Source: a virus. From it: 64,000 nt of DNA. This document shows, in pieces, positions 9,490 to 18,072 of this stretch; within the stretch, counting starts at the first letter, position 1, and every line of letters begins with the position of its first letter. The notes beneath the pieces were generated by a model. That model was not told where the DNA came from. It saw only the letters and a list, made by a program, of their open reading frames with translations, and ran no database searches. The stretch spans positions 35,924 through 99,923 of the IMG/VR virus record IMGVR_UViG_3300019487_000019. The stretch is one strand, 5' to 3'. Position numbers and translations under genes: made by a program.

Positions 9490-10228
9490 TACTCACTCCC
9501 ATCGGCTTTGCGAATCGAATAGGCTGATTTCGAATCTGCCCCGCAAACACTAATGCGGTCAATTCCGTCCAGTCTTCGAATGTACTGGCCTTGCTCAAAA
9601 ATCCATAGCCGGCGCGGTCGAATCGAAGGTGTGCTAGAATCTCACTGCGCTGAAATAAAGCACTGATGTTCTCTGGTTTGAAAATCTTTTCGATATATCG
9701 TTGTGCTGTTGCCCACGGCACGTGTAGGGTAAGTGTCGTATCGTCGAGAACAGCATCATAACCGACAAGAACCGTATCGTCCTCGAAGCGAATGTGTGAT
9801 CCCATCATCATATAGGTCGTGTTGCACGACAGCTCGGTAATCGGCGTCTGCAAATCAACTGTGGCGAGTGCAAAGTGTCGAGGAAGTGTAAATCGATCGT
9901 AAGCATTATTCGCAAGTCGAAGCGCGAGAGTCTTATCTTCTCTCGATTGATTACGGCCCGATAATTGTTCCATTGTGTGTTTGTGAATATCAAATTGTCT
10001 CATCAACCATTGTTCGCGCGTCCATTGTTTCTGATGATACTCTTGTTGAACCCAAGCCTGAACCAATTGCTGATACGTCAAATTATCGTGCGGATATGGA
10101 AGTGTTCCTAACGAATAACGATACAGACCAGGAAAATAATCAGCACTCGACAAAATCGTCTGAAACAACTCTTCGTCGTTTATCGACGCAAGTTCACGTA
10201 AATCAATTTTTGATATTGTTGGCGACAT
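9470..10228 (-). CDS. Hypothetical protein in the radical SAM cluster (252 aa)
   Basis: Long ORF overlapping both neighbours. No recognised motif. Confidence 0.7.
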   Translation of the reverse strand: MSPTISKIDLRELASINDEELFQTILSSADYFPGLYRYSLGTLPYPHDNLTYQQLVQAWVQQEYHQKQWTREQWLMRQFDIHKHTMEQLSGRNQSREDKTLALRLANNAYDRFTLPRHFALATVDLQTPITELSCNTTYMMMGSHIRFEDDTVLVGYDAVLDDTTLTLHVPWATAQRYIEKIFKPENISALFQRSEILAHLRFDRAGYGFLSKASTFEDWTELTALVFAGQIRNQPIRFAKPMGVSNVNKIS

Positions 10229-11279
10229 TCATTGCTCTCTTTGCAAGAATGCAGTCTTTTATTTGATAACGGTCCATCATGTGGAGGATTCCCCGATCAG
10301 CACACGACCCCAGATATTGACACGTTCCACATTCTTTCTCGTTGGATTTCCTGTATTCATTTAACAGGAGATTATCCTCGAATTTCTCGATTTCTTCAAT
10401 TGACCATTGAGCAAGAGGGATTCGATAATGCGGGTCAAACGAGACATATCGCTCGTAAAACATTGGTGAATAGTACAGTTCCCCATTACGAAAATTGTAT
10501 TGTTTTTCAACCAAGCTATCGGTCAAGCGTCCCACACTGAACCGAACGAATTGCACTGTTTCAGGGTCTACATTGTCGTTAAACAGAACCTTAATTTGTT
10601 GTGCTGCTCGTTCAAATTCTTCGCGCGAAAGGTTCGTTTTTCGACCAATACTGAAATTGAAGTCAATGTCTGTGTTGTACATTTGCTCAATCAGGTTATG
10701 AAGGTAGACATAGTCATGGAGCAGTTCGCTAATTCGCGTCTGGGAATAATCAAACACGTTGAACAAGGCATGACTTGTGGGCGGCTGACGAAACCTCTTG
10801 AGAATTTGATGACGGGTTGCCTTCACGTGTTCAAGATAACTAGTGTTGTGTATTTGTCGAAGATCAAAAGTGATATTAATCTCGATCGGTTTGTCCGAAT
10901 AGTGTTCGTTGAAAACATCAATAACATCGGTGGTGCTTGGAGTTTCTGCTAGAAAGGCACTTGCAAAGCTGATTTTTTCAAAGCGTTTTAAGAGATCAAT
11001 TGTTCGCCAATCAGCAAGAACAGAAGCAGTATTGCTCGAGGAAAACAAGTCTGTTGGTCCAACCGTTGCAATGAATGGCTGATAATTTTTCCGGATTGCT
11101 GTTTCTAGCAGAACGGTTAAGTTCTGATAATCTTGTTGAAGAAAGCCTGTTTGCGCTGTCTTATCGACGAAACACCCCTCACACTTCCACTGACAGCCAT
11201 ACAGAACATCAAAATTTAGGTCGAGGTACAGTGTATGTGCTTCGGCGTAGCTGACACCAATTTTGTCTCTATCGCTCAT
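10203..11279 (-). CDS. Divergent radical SAM protein, PTD subtype (rSAM-5)
   Basis: CQWKCEGC. GPTD in place of GGE. C-terminal ECGTCQYLGSC...C. Tandem paralogue of 11269-12387. Confidence 0.8.
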   Translation of the reverse strand: MSDRDKIGVSYAEAHTLYLDLNFDVLYGCQWKCEGCFVDKTAQTGFLQQDYQNLTVLLETAIRKNYQPFIATVGPTDLFSSSNTASVLADWRTIDLLKRFEKISFASAFLAETPSTTDVIDVFNEHYSDKPIEINITFDLRQIHNTSYLEHVKATRHQILKRFRQPPTSHALFNVFDYSQTRISELLHDYVYLHNLIEQMYNTDIDFNFSIGRKTNLSREEFERAAQQIKVLFNDNVDPETVQFVRFSVGRLTDSLVEKQYNFRNGELYYSPMFYERYVSFDPHYRIPLAQWSIEEIEKFEDNLLLNEYRKSNEKECGTCQYLGSCADRGILHMMDRYQIKDCILAKRAMNVANNIKN

Positions 11280-12387
11280 TACTTTCTACCTTGGTCAACT
11301 TAAAGTTGATTGCATCGAGAGCATCTTTGGCGATGACACAGCGCCTGATGCCAAACGCATCCATTAATGTCAGGACGCCTCTATCGATACACGAACCTAG
11401 GTAATGGCAGGAACCACATTCTTCTTTGTTGCCGATGTTCGCATACTGAGTGACTTGTGCAGTATGCTCCCACTGCTCGAACTCTCGAGCTGTCCATTCT
11501 TTGATTGGGATCTCGAATTCAGAACGGAAACTGACAAATCGTTCATACAGCAATGGGCTAGCATAGAACCTTCCGTTGCGATAGTTGTACTGCTTCTCAA
11601 TAAGACTATCGGTTAACTTGCCAAACGAAAAACGTAGAAATTTGACTTTCTCGCCAGAGATTGCATCATCAAACAACTCCGAGATCTGCAACACAGTCTT
11701 CTCAAATTCTTCTCCTGGCAGATCATCCTTTCGTCCAAGGCTAAAGTTGTAGTCGATCGTTGTTTCGAACAAGTGATTAATCTTGTGGTGTAAGAAGTCG
11801 TAATTCTGTAGAGTCTCGGCAATCTTTGTCGCACTATAATCAAACACATTGAAGATGCCAAAGGTGCGGATTTCCGAAAAGGCCGTCAGGCGGGCTTGGA
11901 GACTATCTTTATTGCGTGCTAGCAATTCAAGGTATTTCTGATTGAGAATTTGGGCGGGCTCAATAATGATATTAATCTCCAACTCCATATCTTTATAGAG
12001 TGTGTTTAAAACCTTCACGATGTCATCCACACGAGGCGCATCCACATCGAGGTATGTTGTTTGGAGGCTTAGTCGTCGAAAGCGATTCAAGATTGCAACA
12101 GTGGCAGGATCACGAAGGAAAGCAGCAGTGTTATTTGCAGCAAGGAAGTCGGTTGGAGCAATGAAGGCGATAAACGGCTTGTAGCTACTACGCTCAAAAT
12201 CATCAAGAAGCTTCACAAACTGCGTTGTGTAGCCCCCAATGCCATCTTGGATCTCTTTATTAACATGGCACCCACGACAAGACCACTGGCAGCCGTTTAG
12301 AACCTCAAAATTGATATTGAGGTAAAACGTATTTGCATCTTTAAGGTGTCGTGAAGCGAGATACTGTTGGTCAATGTAGCTGTCCAT
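11269..12387 (-). CDS. Divergent radical SAM protein, PTD subtype (rSAM-4)
   Basis: CQWSCRGC. APTD in place of GGE. ECGSCHYLGSC...C. Shares LTDSLxEKQYNxRNG..Y.SP..YER.VSF with 10203-11279. Confidence 0.8.
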   Translation of the reverse strand: MDSYIDQQYLASRHLKDANTFYLNINFEVLNGCQWSCRGCHVNKEIQDGIGGYTTQFVKLLDDFERSSYKPFIAFIAPTDFLAANNTAAFLRDPATVAILNRFRRLSLQTTYLDVDAPRVDDIVKVLNTLYKDMELEINIIIEPAQILNQKYLELLARNKDSLQARLTAFSEIRTFGIFNVFDYSATKIAETLQNYDFLHHKINHLFETTIDYNFSLGRKDDLPGEEFEKTVLQISELFDDAISGEKVKFLRFSFGKLTDSLIEKQYNYRNGRFYASPLLYERFVSFRSEFEIPIKEWTAREFEQWEHTAQVTQYANIGNKEECGSCHYLGSCIDRGVLTLMDAFGIRRCVIAKDALDAINFKLTKVESNER

Positions 12388-13205
12388 TATGTTCCCTGAA
12401 GTGCCTCAATCATTTTTTCAACAGTTGTCTGCTTAGTACACAAAGCGACCAAGAAACTGAAGAATGAATTCTCAGGAACATCGAAGTAGTGGATCAGACG
12501 CTTTCCTTTGAACATATACTCAGTAAACTGTTGCTTGAAGTATTTACCTGGTGTCGGGGCTGGAATAGAAAAATATAGTTCCAGGAACAGCGGAATGCGG
12601 AAAAGATTGACAACATTACTTCCAATATACAGCGGATCGTCAATCTTTTCATATTTGTCAAAGAATCCCGGAAACGCTGTTTCGAACGCTGGGATAGCTA
12701 CCTGTGATCCATCATCGGTTGTTTCAACAAGCTGCACCGAATACATTGCAAACAACATCATAGAGTCAAGGAACGTATACCAGCGCTCCATCAGAGCTGG
12801 ATTCTTCGCAGCAAAGGCTTTCATTTCGTCAAGCGATAACGGAACAAATGGTACAATGTCTCGTTCAATGTTCACGCCCTTGTTGTGTAGGAGAACAGCA
12901 GCTGTTAGAAGCGTGAGTCCTTTTGTTTCGTTGATGTTTCGCGACTCCATAAAGTCCTTGAGAAGCTCCATCCGTTCTTCAACGGACGTGTCAGCGAAGT
13001 CAACTTCTGCGGGAAGATCAAGGTTCGAAATATAGGTGAGGAACACCTTTCCCTTGACAGAACTCTTGGCGTAATCTATTACGAACAATAGATTCTTATT
13101 GATAAAGAATTCTTTGATTTGGTCCATCGTCAGTGGTGCAACCACTCGGCGAATTTCCCTCTCAACCGGTTCGATTTCTTCAACCTGTTCAATTTCTTCT
13201 GCCAT
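12387..13205 (-). CDS. Hypothetical protein in the radical SAM cluster (272 aa)
   Basis: Long ORF with GGAG RBS and a TAATG overlap with the downstream gene. Confidence 0.75.
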   Translation of the reverse strand: MAEEIEQVEEIEPVEREIRRVVAPLTMDQIKEFFINKNLLFVIDYAKSSVKGKVFLTYISNLDLPAEVDFADTSVEERMELLKDFMESRNINETKGLTLLTAAVLLHNKGVNIERDIVPFVPLSLDEMKAFAAKNPALMERWYTFLDSMMLFAMYSVQLVETTDDGSQVAIPAFETAFPGFFDKYEKIDDPLYIGSNVVNLFRIPLFLELYFSIPAPTPGKYFKQQFTEYMFKGKRLIHYFDVPENSFFSFLVALCTKQTTVEKMIEALQGT

Positions 13206-13214
13206 TATCGTCTC

Positions 13215-14303
13215 CTAACCTTTGTGCAACTCAATCAAGTTGTCCTGAGCAATTCGATACTTACGAGCAAACTGTGGTAAGTTCTCTTGTTGAAAGCGAA
13301 TGACGGCTTTACTCAATGGACATTCGTCTTCATCAGGCCAAAACAAATCTACTTCACAGTTGCCGCCACACACTTCAAAAAATTCACACTTGTAGCACAC
13401 ATCTGCCATCTTCTCATCTTTACGACGGACGATTTCATCCAGAGCTTTTGTTGCGAATGCATCCCAGTTTGAATACATTTCATCAACATCACTGATCGGC
13501 TCATAATAGGTCTTGTCAGGACACAATCCAACAGACCCCCACGGGTTCATCGTGAATGTCCGCTGAGCACAACAATTACACTTACAGTCGAGCGTATGCC
13601 CCTCTTGAAGACTTTTTGTGAACATATCAACCTGAGGCATTGACCACGATACATCATTTTCCACATAATACTCAACGAGTTTTTGCAGCCATGCTGCCCA
13701 AGGTACGTTTCGGACTTTAAAATTACGGGTCTTTTGGTCGAAGGTGGTTAACAGTTCGAAGTCAATCGACTTCACCCCCGCAAACCTTTTTGCTAACTCT
13801 ATGGGGTCCAACTCAAGTAGATGTTTTTGGGTTGTAATGGCAATCGCAATATTGACCTTTTCGTCGAGGAGTATCTGGAGATTCTTCCAGAAAAGAGCCT
13901 CTTGATTAGCGGTTGTAAAGCGAATTTTATAGTCCCAACTCACACCAATCTCGTTATCACAGCGCGTACGAAGGAAGTCAAGAAACTCGTCTGTAATGTT
14001 GTACATCAGATTTGTTTGTGGAACAATGATTCGCGTGGTTTCGTCGAAGATTGTGTCGATTTGATCACACACTTCGTGCATGTATGGAATTGGCGCTAGA
14101 AAGGTTTCCCCACCATGCAAATAGAACGTTGCTTTCTTTGGATTGACGTTCTGACGAATCGCCTTAAAGTATTTCTCAGTCGTGCTAAGTTCAGCAACTT
14201 TAATTGGATCGCGATTTCCTGCCGTAAAGCAGTGCGTACAATTTAGATTGCAGCCTTGAACGATTCGAGTGTAGATGACATTGAAGTCAGTGTTGAAGAA
14301 CAT
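13215..14303 (-). CDS. Radical SAM/SPASM protein (rSAM-3)
   Basis: CNLNCTHC, HGGETFL, CKCNCC...GLCPD, CYKCEFFEVCGGNC...CP. Paralogue of 16889-18019. Confidence 0.93.
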   Translation of the reverse strand: MFFNTDFNVIYTRIVQGCNLNCTHCFTAGNRDPIKVAELSTTEKYFKAIRQNVNPKKATFYLHGGETFLAPIPYMHEVCDQIDTIFDETTRIIVPQTNLMYNITDEFLDFLRTRCDNEIGVSWDYKIRFTTANQEALFWKNLQILLDEKVNIAIAITTQKHLLELDPIELAKRFAGVKSIDFELLTTFDQKTRNFKVRNVPWAAWLQKLVEYYVENDVSWSMPQVDMFTKSLQEGHTLDCKCNCCAQRTFTMNPWGSVGLCPDKTYYEPISDVDEMYSNWDAFATKALDEIVRRKDEKMADVCYKCEFFEVCGGNCEVDLFWPDEDECPLSKAVIRFQQENLPQFARKYRIAQDNLIELHKG

Positions 14304-14306
14304 GGC

Positions 14307-15377
14307 TTATGCCAATTCGTATGTTCCCAAAACACTTGTCGTACCTTCACGCTTCATGCGATAGGCCCAAGTTAGAAACACCTGACACATACGGAGACGA
14401 TAACGGCCAGCACCATACACACAACCTAGGCCACGTGCCACATCGCGTTCGAGTAGTTGTTCGTACTTGTGATCATAGATTAGATCAATCAATTCAGACA
14501 TATCTTCATATGGAGCGCCCCACGCCTCGAGAACTCGTGCATAGAGCTGCTTGAAGATTTTACGATCGTAGGTGGCTTCAACGTATTTTGGATTTTGATA
14601 TGAAACTTTTGAGTCAACCATCCAACGAAGATATTCGTTGGAGCCAAACGAAGTAAACAACAAATGATCGAGGTCAGACAGATTGATTTGTGCATCTGGC
14701 GGAAGCACAGTATTGATGTCGCCAATCCCGTTAATCAGATCAGCTTTCAGAACTTCAAGTTCTTGAACCCAGTTGGCCCAAGTAAACCGTTCCACTTTTT
14801 CTAGGACAACCTGGCGCATGGGACTCTTGACTGGATCACGCAAATAGTCAGCAAGCTGGTACTCAAAACTTACCAGATGCTTTGGCAGTTTTTGTAGGAA
14901 CAATGCAACAGGTGTCTCTTGATAAAGTTTATCAAAGGTTTCGCGCGACATAATTGTCAATTCACGTGCTGCAACACGTCCTTGCTCATTGCTATCTTCA
15001 TCATATAAGAATGACTTGAACCAACGATCTTGTGTAAACATTTTGTGCAATTCGTACACGCTGTCGACCGTTGGATTCTTGAGAATGCTTTTCCAATATT
15101 GTATCTGTAGTGCTTGATACAGGTTGGGCTCTACGTACAAAACGTTTCGTGTATCACCGAGTTTCGTTCCATTGAGATAACTCCAGATTTTTGTCTTGTC
15201 GCCACCAAGAAATTGTTTCGCAAAGTCATCAAATGATGCATGCACTTGAACGAACCGAAGGCCTGGATCAAGAAGATCTATTTTGGACCAACGACTGCTG
15301 ATAGCAAGATTGCTATAGCGAATTGTTGTCAATGCGGCATCAATATCAAGGTAGACATCACCAAATACATGAAACAT
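14307..15377 (-). CDS. Hypothetical protein immediately downstream of the candidate substrate gene
   Basis: Start MFHVFG at 15377 with GGAG RBS; ORF track extends to 15434. C-terminal half is paralogous to 5680-6420. Confidence 0.75.
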   Translation of the reverse strand: MFHVFGDVYLDIDAALTTIRYSNLAISSRWSKIDLLDPGLRFVQVHASFDDFAKQFLGGDKTKIWSYLNGTKLGDTRNVLYVEPNLYQALQIQYWKSILKNPTVDSVYELHKMFTQDRWFKSFLYDEDSNEQGRVAARELTIMSRETFDKLYQETPVALFLQKLPKHLVSFEYQLADYLRDPVKSPMRQVVLEKVERFTWANWVQELEVLKADLINGIGDINTVLPPDAQINLSDLDHLLFTSFGSNEYLRWMVDSKVSYQNPKYVEATYDRKIFKQLYARVLEAWGAPYEDMSELIDLIYDHKYEQLLERDVARGLGCVYGAGRYRLRMCQVFLTWAYRMKREGTTSVLGTYELA

Positions 15378-15382
15378 TTTCT

Positions 15383-15907
15383 TTATCTCCGTCCACGAGC
15401 ACCATGACACGACGAGTGGCATGATGAATGACATGCAAGTAATTGAACAGTCGATGCTTCAGTTGCTGCTCGATTGGTATTCAAAGCTGTAATATACGTT
15501 GAAAGAGCTGTGCCGCTTGCGTCGGTACTGGCAACAGGAGCACCAGGAGGATTAACAAGTGCCTGGTATGCAGAATTCAAAATCGTTTTCCCCGAACCAA
15601 GAAACGTACAGCCGATACAATTAAACCAAAATTGCGTGTCTCGAATGCGAGAAGAAGCCAGAGCAAAGTTATATAAAGCACTCGCCAATCCTGAAGCAAC
15701 AAGATCAGAAGCCGTAATGTCGCCGGCGGTAATATCTTGAGCTGGTGTATTACTCAAATAAGCCGCAGCATAAGCAGGATAGCCCGCATACGTAAAAGGA
15801 TTACCTGACAGATTGTAGACAGTGCCAGCGTTTGCGGCAGCAATAACCGTCGTATTAAATTCGCTGACTACACTTGCTTTCGTTGCATCAGTTCCTGCGG
15901 TCGGCAT
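15383..15907 (-). CDS. Candidate radical-SAM substrate: Ala/Thr/Ser-rich protein with C-terminal CHSSCHSSCHGARGRR tail
   Basis: Strong GAGGAG RBS. 174 aa. C-terminal Cys-x3 / His-x-Ser repeats resemble RiPP core peptides. Embedded among eight radical SAM genes. Confidence 0.75.
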   Translation of the reverse strand: MPTAGTDATKASVVSEFNTTVIAAANAGTVYNLSGNPFTYAGYPAYAAAYLSNTPAQDITAGDITASDLVASGLASALYNFALASSRIRDTQFWFNCIGCTFLGSGKTILNSAYQALVNPPGAPVASTDASGTALSTYITALNTNRAATEASTVQLLACHSSCHSSCHGARGRR

Positions 15908-16889
15908 TCATATTCTCCTCAAGATAGCATGGAAGGCCCATCTCGCGAGCAAGAGCAAAAAACCCTTTCCCGTGGCATGTTGACAGATTCGGACAACTAT
16001 CGCATGCATCAATAATAGGGTGATTATCCGCCTCCATTATCGAATAAGCTGACAAGAAACCGTCAAAAGATGCCTGTTCTAACGCATATTTATGGAGGAA
16101 AACGTATTCATCGAACGGCATAATCGGCGATACGTAAATCTTTCCATCCTTGAACGTAAACGCTGGTTTTCGCAGCATCGTTCTGCTATTGAACCTTGGA
16201 TCACCATCTTTTACGTATAAGTCCGAAAACTCACGCAAAAGCTTATAGCTCTCCAGCATCATTTTTTGCCTCTTTGTCGGGCCAATCAATGAATTGTAGA
16301 GGAAAGTAAAGTTAACCTCAACAATTTTGTCGGCCGAAAGGCGGTCAACGAGTTCATGCAGCCGTACAATCTCTTCAGGTGAAAACTTCACCCCAACGTT
16401 CACGGCAAGATTGATAACGGTTGATGGATATACCTGAACGATCTGCTGGATCTTTTCCCTTAACATTGTTTCGTACGTTGTTTCAAACAGATGATTGAGA
16501 ACAATGTTAACTTGAAGCTCTACTTTAGACCCATTACGTTCGATTAGGTCGAAAACATCTTTGTCCCATTCACCAATCAGCGTTGAAGCAATGCCAACAT
16601 ATCGAAAGCGCCTTGCAAGTTCGGCAAACTCTTCGCTTCGAAACAGATCTTTGTTCGATTCGTTCTCAAAGATATCGGTAGGGAGGAGGTAGCAAGTCTC
16701 GAGACTGTAGCCGTGTTGCTGAAGTTCCTGACTCAATGTAAGAGCTGGTTCATACGTTCCGAAAGTATTTCCGTCTCGTTTGTAGAAACACCCACGACAC
16801 CCCATGTTGCAGAGATTGAGAAGAAACATTCGAAACTCAACAAGTCGATAAGGATCAGTATATTTCCCATACAGGTTTTGTAGTGGCAT
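15888..16889 (-). CDS. Divergent radical SAM protein, PTD subtype (rSAM-2)
   Basis: CNMGCRGC. LPTD in place of GGE. IYVSP. CDSCPNLSTC...C. Confidence 0.8.
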   Translation of the reverse strand: MPLQNLYGKYTDPYRLVEFRMFLLNLCNMGCRGCFYKRDGNTFGTYEPALTLSQELQQHGYSLETCYLLPTDIFENESNKDLFRSEEFAELARRFRYVGIASTLIGEWDKDVFDLIERNGSKVELQVNIVLNHLFETTYETMLREKIQQIVQVYPSTVINLAVNVGVKFSPEEIVRLHELVDRLSADKIVEVNFTFLYNSLIGPTKRQKMMLESYKLLREFSDLYVKDGDPRFNSRTMLRKPAFTFKDGKIYVSPIMPFDEYVFLHKYALEQASFDGFLSAYSIMEADNHPIIDACDSCPNLSTCHGKGFFALAREMGLPCYLEENMNADRRN

Positions 16890-18019
16890 TATTCCTGTCC
16901 CATGAACTCGCCGAGCACCTCACGGTATAGTTGTGTGTTGCGTTCTTGTTTGAAATGTTTCATCAACGATTTCGGTGAGGCGCAAATATCACCTTCCCAA
17001 GCAAGCTGATGACAATCACCATTGCAGACATCAAATACTTCACAAGAGTAGCAGAGAGGATTCCGTGCACTTTCGCATGCAATATTATTCAAACGACCTG
17101 GTGAGGTTAGCAACTCAACAATATTGTCGTCGATCGAACCGAACGTGTTCTCAACGGCAGAATTTGGGCATCCACCAATTTCGCCAGTTGCATTGATAGT
17201 GAAAATCTTTTGCTCACAAGAGCGGCAACGACATCCTGAATGCGTTGTAAAAACAAAGCTTGACAAAATTGAATTGAAGAACAAATTCTCAAAGTGTTTA
17301 TGCATTCCGTGCTGAACTGTTTGCTGCCACATCTTGACAAACCACGCATCAAGTTCTTTATTCGTCGGGAAAATATGTGGATTCAAATTCGCATTTCCGT
17401 TTGGTGTGATCCGTTCGAGGTGCAAGTAGCGAACGCCGAGATCAGCGACAAACTCGAGGAGTTCAATTGGCTCACGTTCAACAACAGACTTACTCAATGA
17501 TACCATTAACGTCACGTCCATCCCCTCTTGTCGAAGGACACGAACATTATCTCGCCACAAGTCTTCTTGTTTCTGATTCGAGAAACGAATCCCTTTGTCC
17601 CACGAAGTAGCAAGACCATTTGTGAATGCTTGTTTCATGAAGTCCAATTTCTCGTTATCGAGTTTGTAGACAAGGTTCGTCGTTGTTGACCACCAAAGAT
17701 TTGGCCAAAGGTCTTTACATTCTGCCCAAACAGTTCGCATATCACTGACAGGTGCAAGGAAGGGTTCTCCGCCGTGGAATGCAACGTGTGCGTTTGTAAG
17801 GATGGGGGCAACTTCTTTCAAGCGGTAGAACCAACTAATCGTTTTCGGAACGTTGAAGTAGATCTTTTTACCATTAATTCCATTTGTAAAGCAATGTGCA
17901 CAATTCAACTGACACGTTTCAGTCGTTTTCAGATAGACCATCAATTCCTTCAGATGGACGTATGGAGCAGGGGCAATTGCCTTTTTGGCTCGATGAAACG
18001 TAATTGTCGACAGGGTCAT
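16889..18019 (-). CDS. Radical SAM/SPASM protein (rSAM-1)
   Basis: YLKTTETCQLNCAHC, FHGGEPFL, CRCRSC...GGCPNS, CYSCEVFDVCNGDC...C. Confidence 0.95.
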   Translation of the reverse strand: MTLSTITFHRAKKAIAPAPYVHLKELMVYLKTTETCQLNCAHCFTNGINGKKIYFNVPKTISWFYRLKEVAPILTNAHVAFHGGEPFLAPVSDMRTVWAECKDLWPNLWWSTTTNLVYKLDNEKLDFMKQAFTNGLATSWDKGIRFSNQKQEDLWRDNVRVLRQEGMDVTLMVSLSKSVVEREPIELLEFVADLGVRYLHLERITPNGNANLNPHIFPTNKELDAWFVKMWQQTVQHGMHKHFENLFFNSILSSFVFTTHSGCRCRSCEQKIFTINATGEIGGCPNSAVENTFGSIDDNIVELLTSPGRLNNIACESARNPLCYSCEVFDVCNGDCHQLAWEGDICASPKSLMKHFKQERNTQLYREVLGEFMGQE

Positions 18020-18040
18020 GTAATTATTCCTTGCTCCACA

Positions 18041-18069
18041 AGTCTACCACCTTTAGCAAGTCCCATCAA
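18041..18069 (-). promoter_or_regulatory. Putative sigma70 promoter for the radical SAM cluster
   Basis: TTGATG - 17 bp - TAGACT with extended -10 TG, about 20 nt upstream of the rSAM-1 start. Confidence 0.5.
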
Positions 18070-18072
18070 CAA

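Noticed and set aside
15383-15907. Calling the substrate a SCIFF/HxsA family member or naming the rSAMs as specific maturases
   Set aside because: The motif resembles Cys-x3 and His-x-Ser targets, but length and context differ. A family name needs HMM evidence.
3863-18019. Radical SAM cluster as a queuosine/7-deazaguanine or other DNA-modification pathway
   Set aside because: No QueC, QueD, FolE or DpdA-like genes are present, the enzymes have SPASM-like tails, and the context is structural genes.
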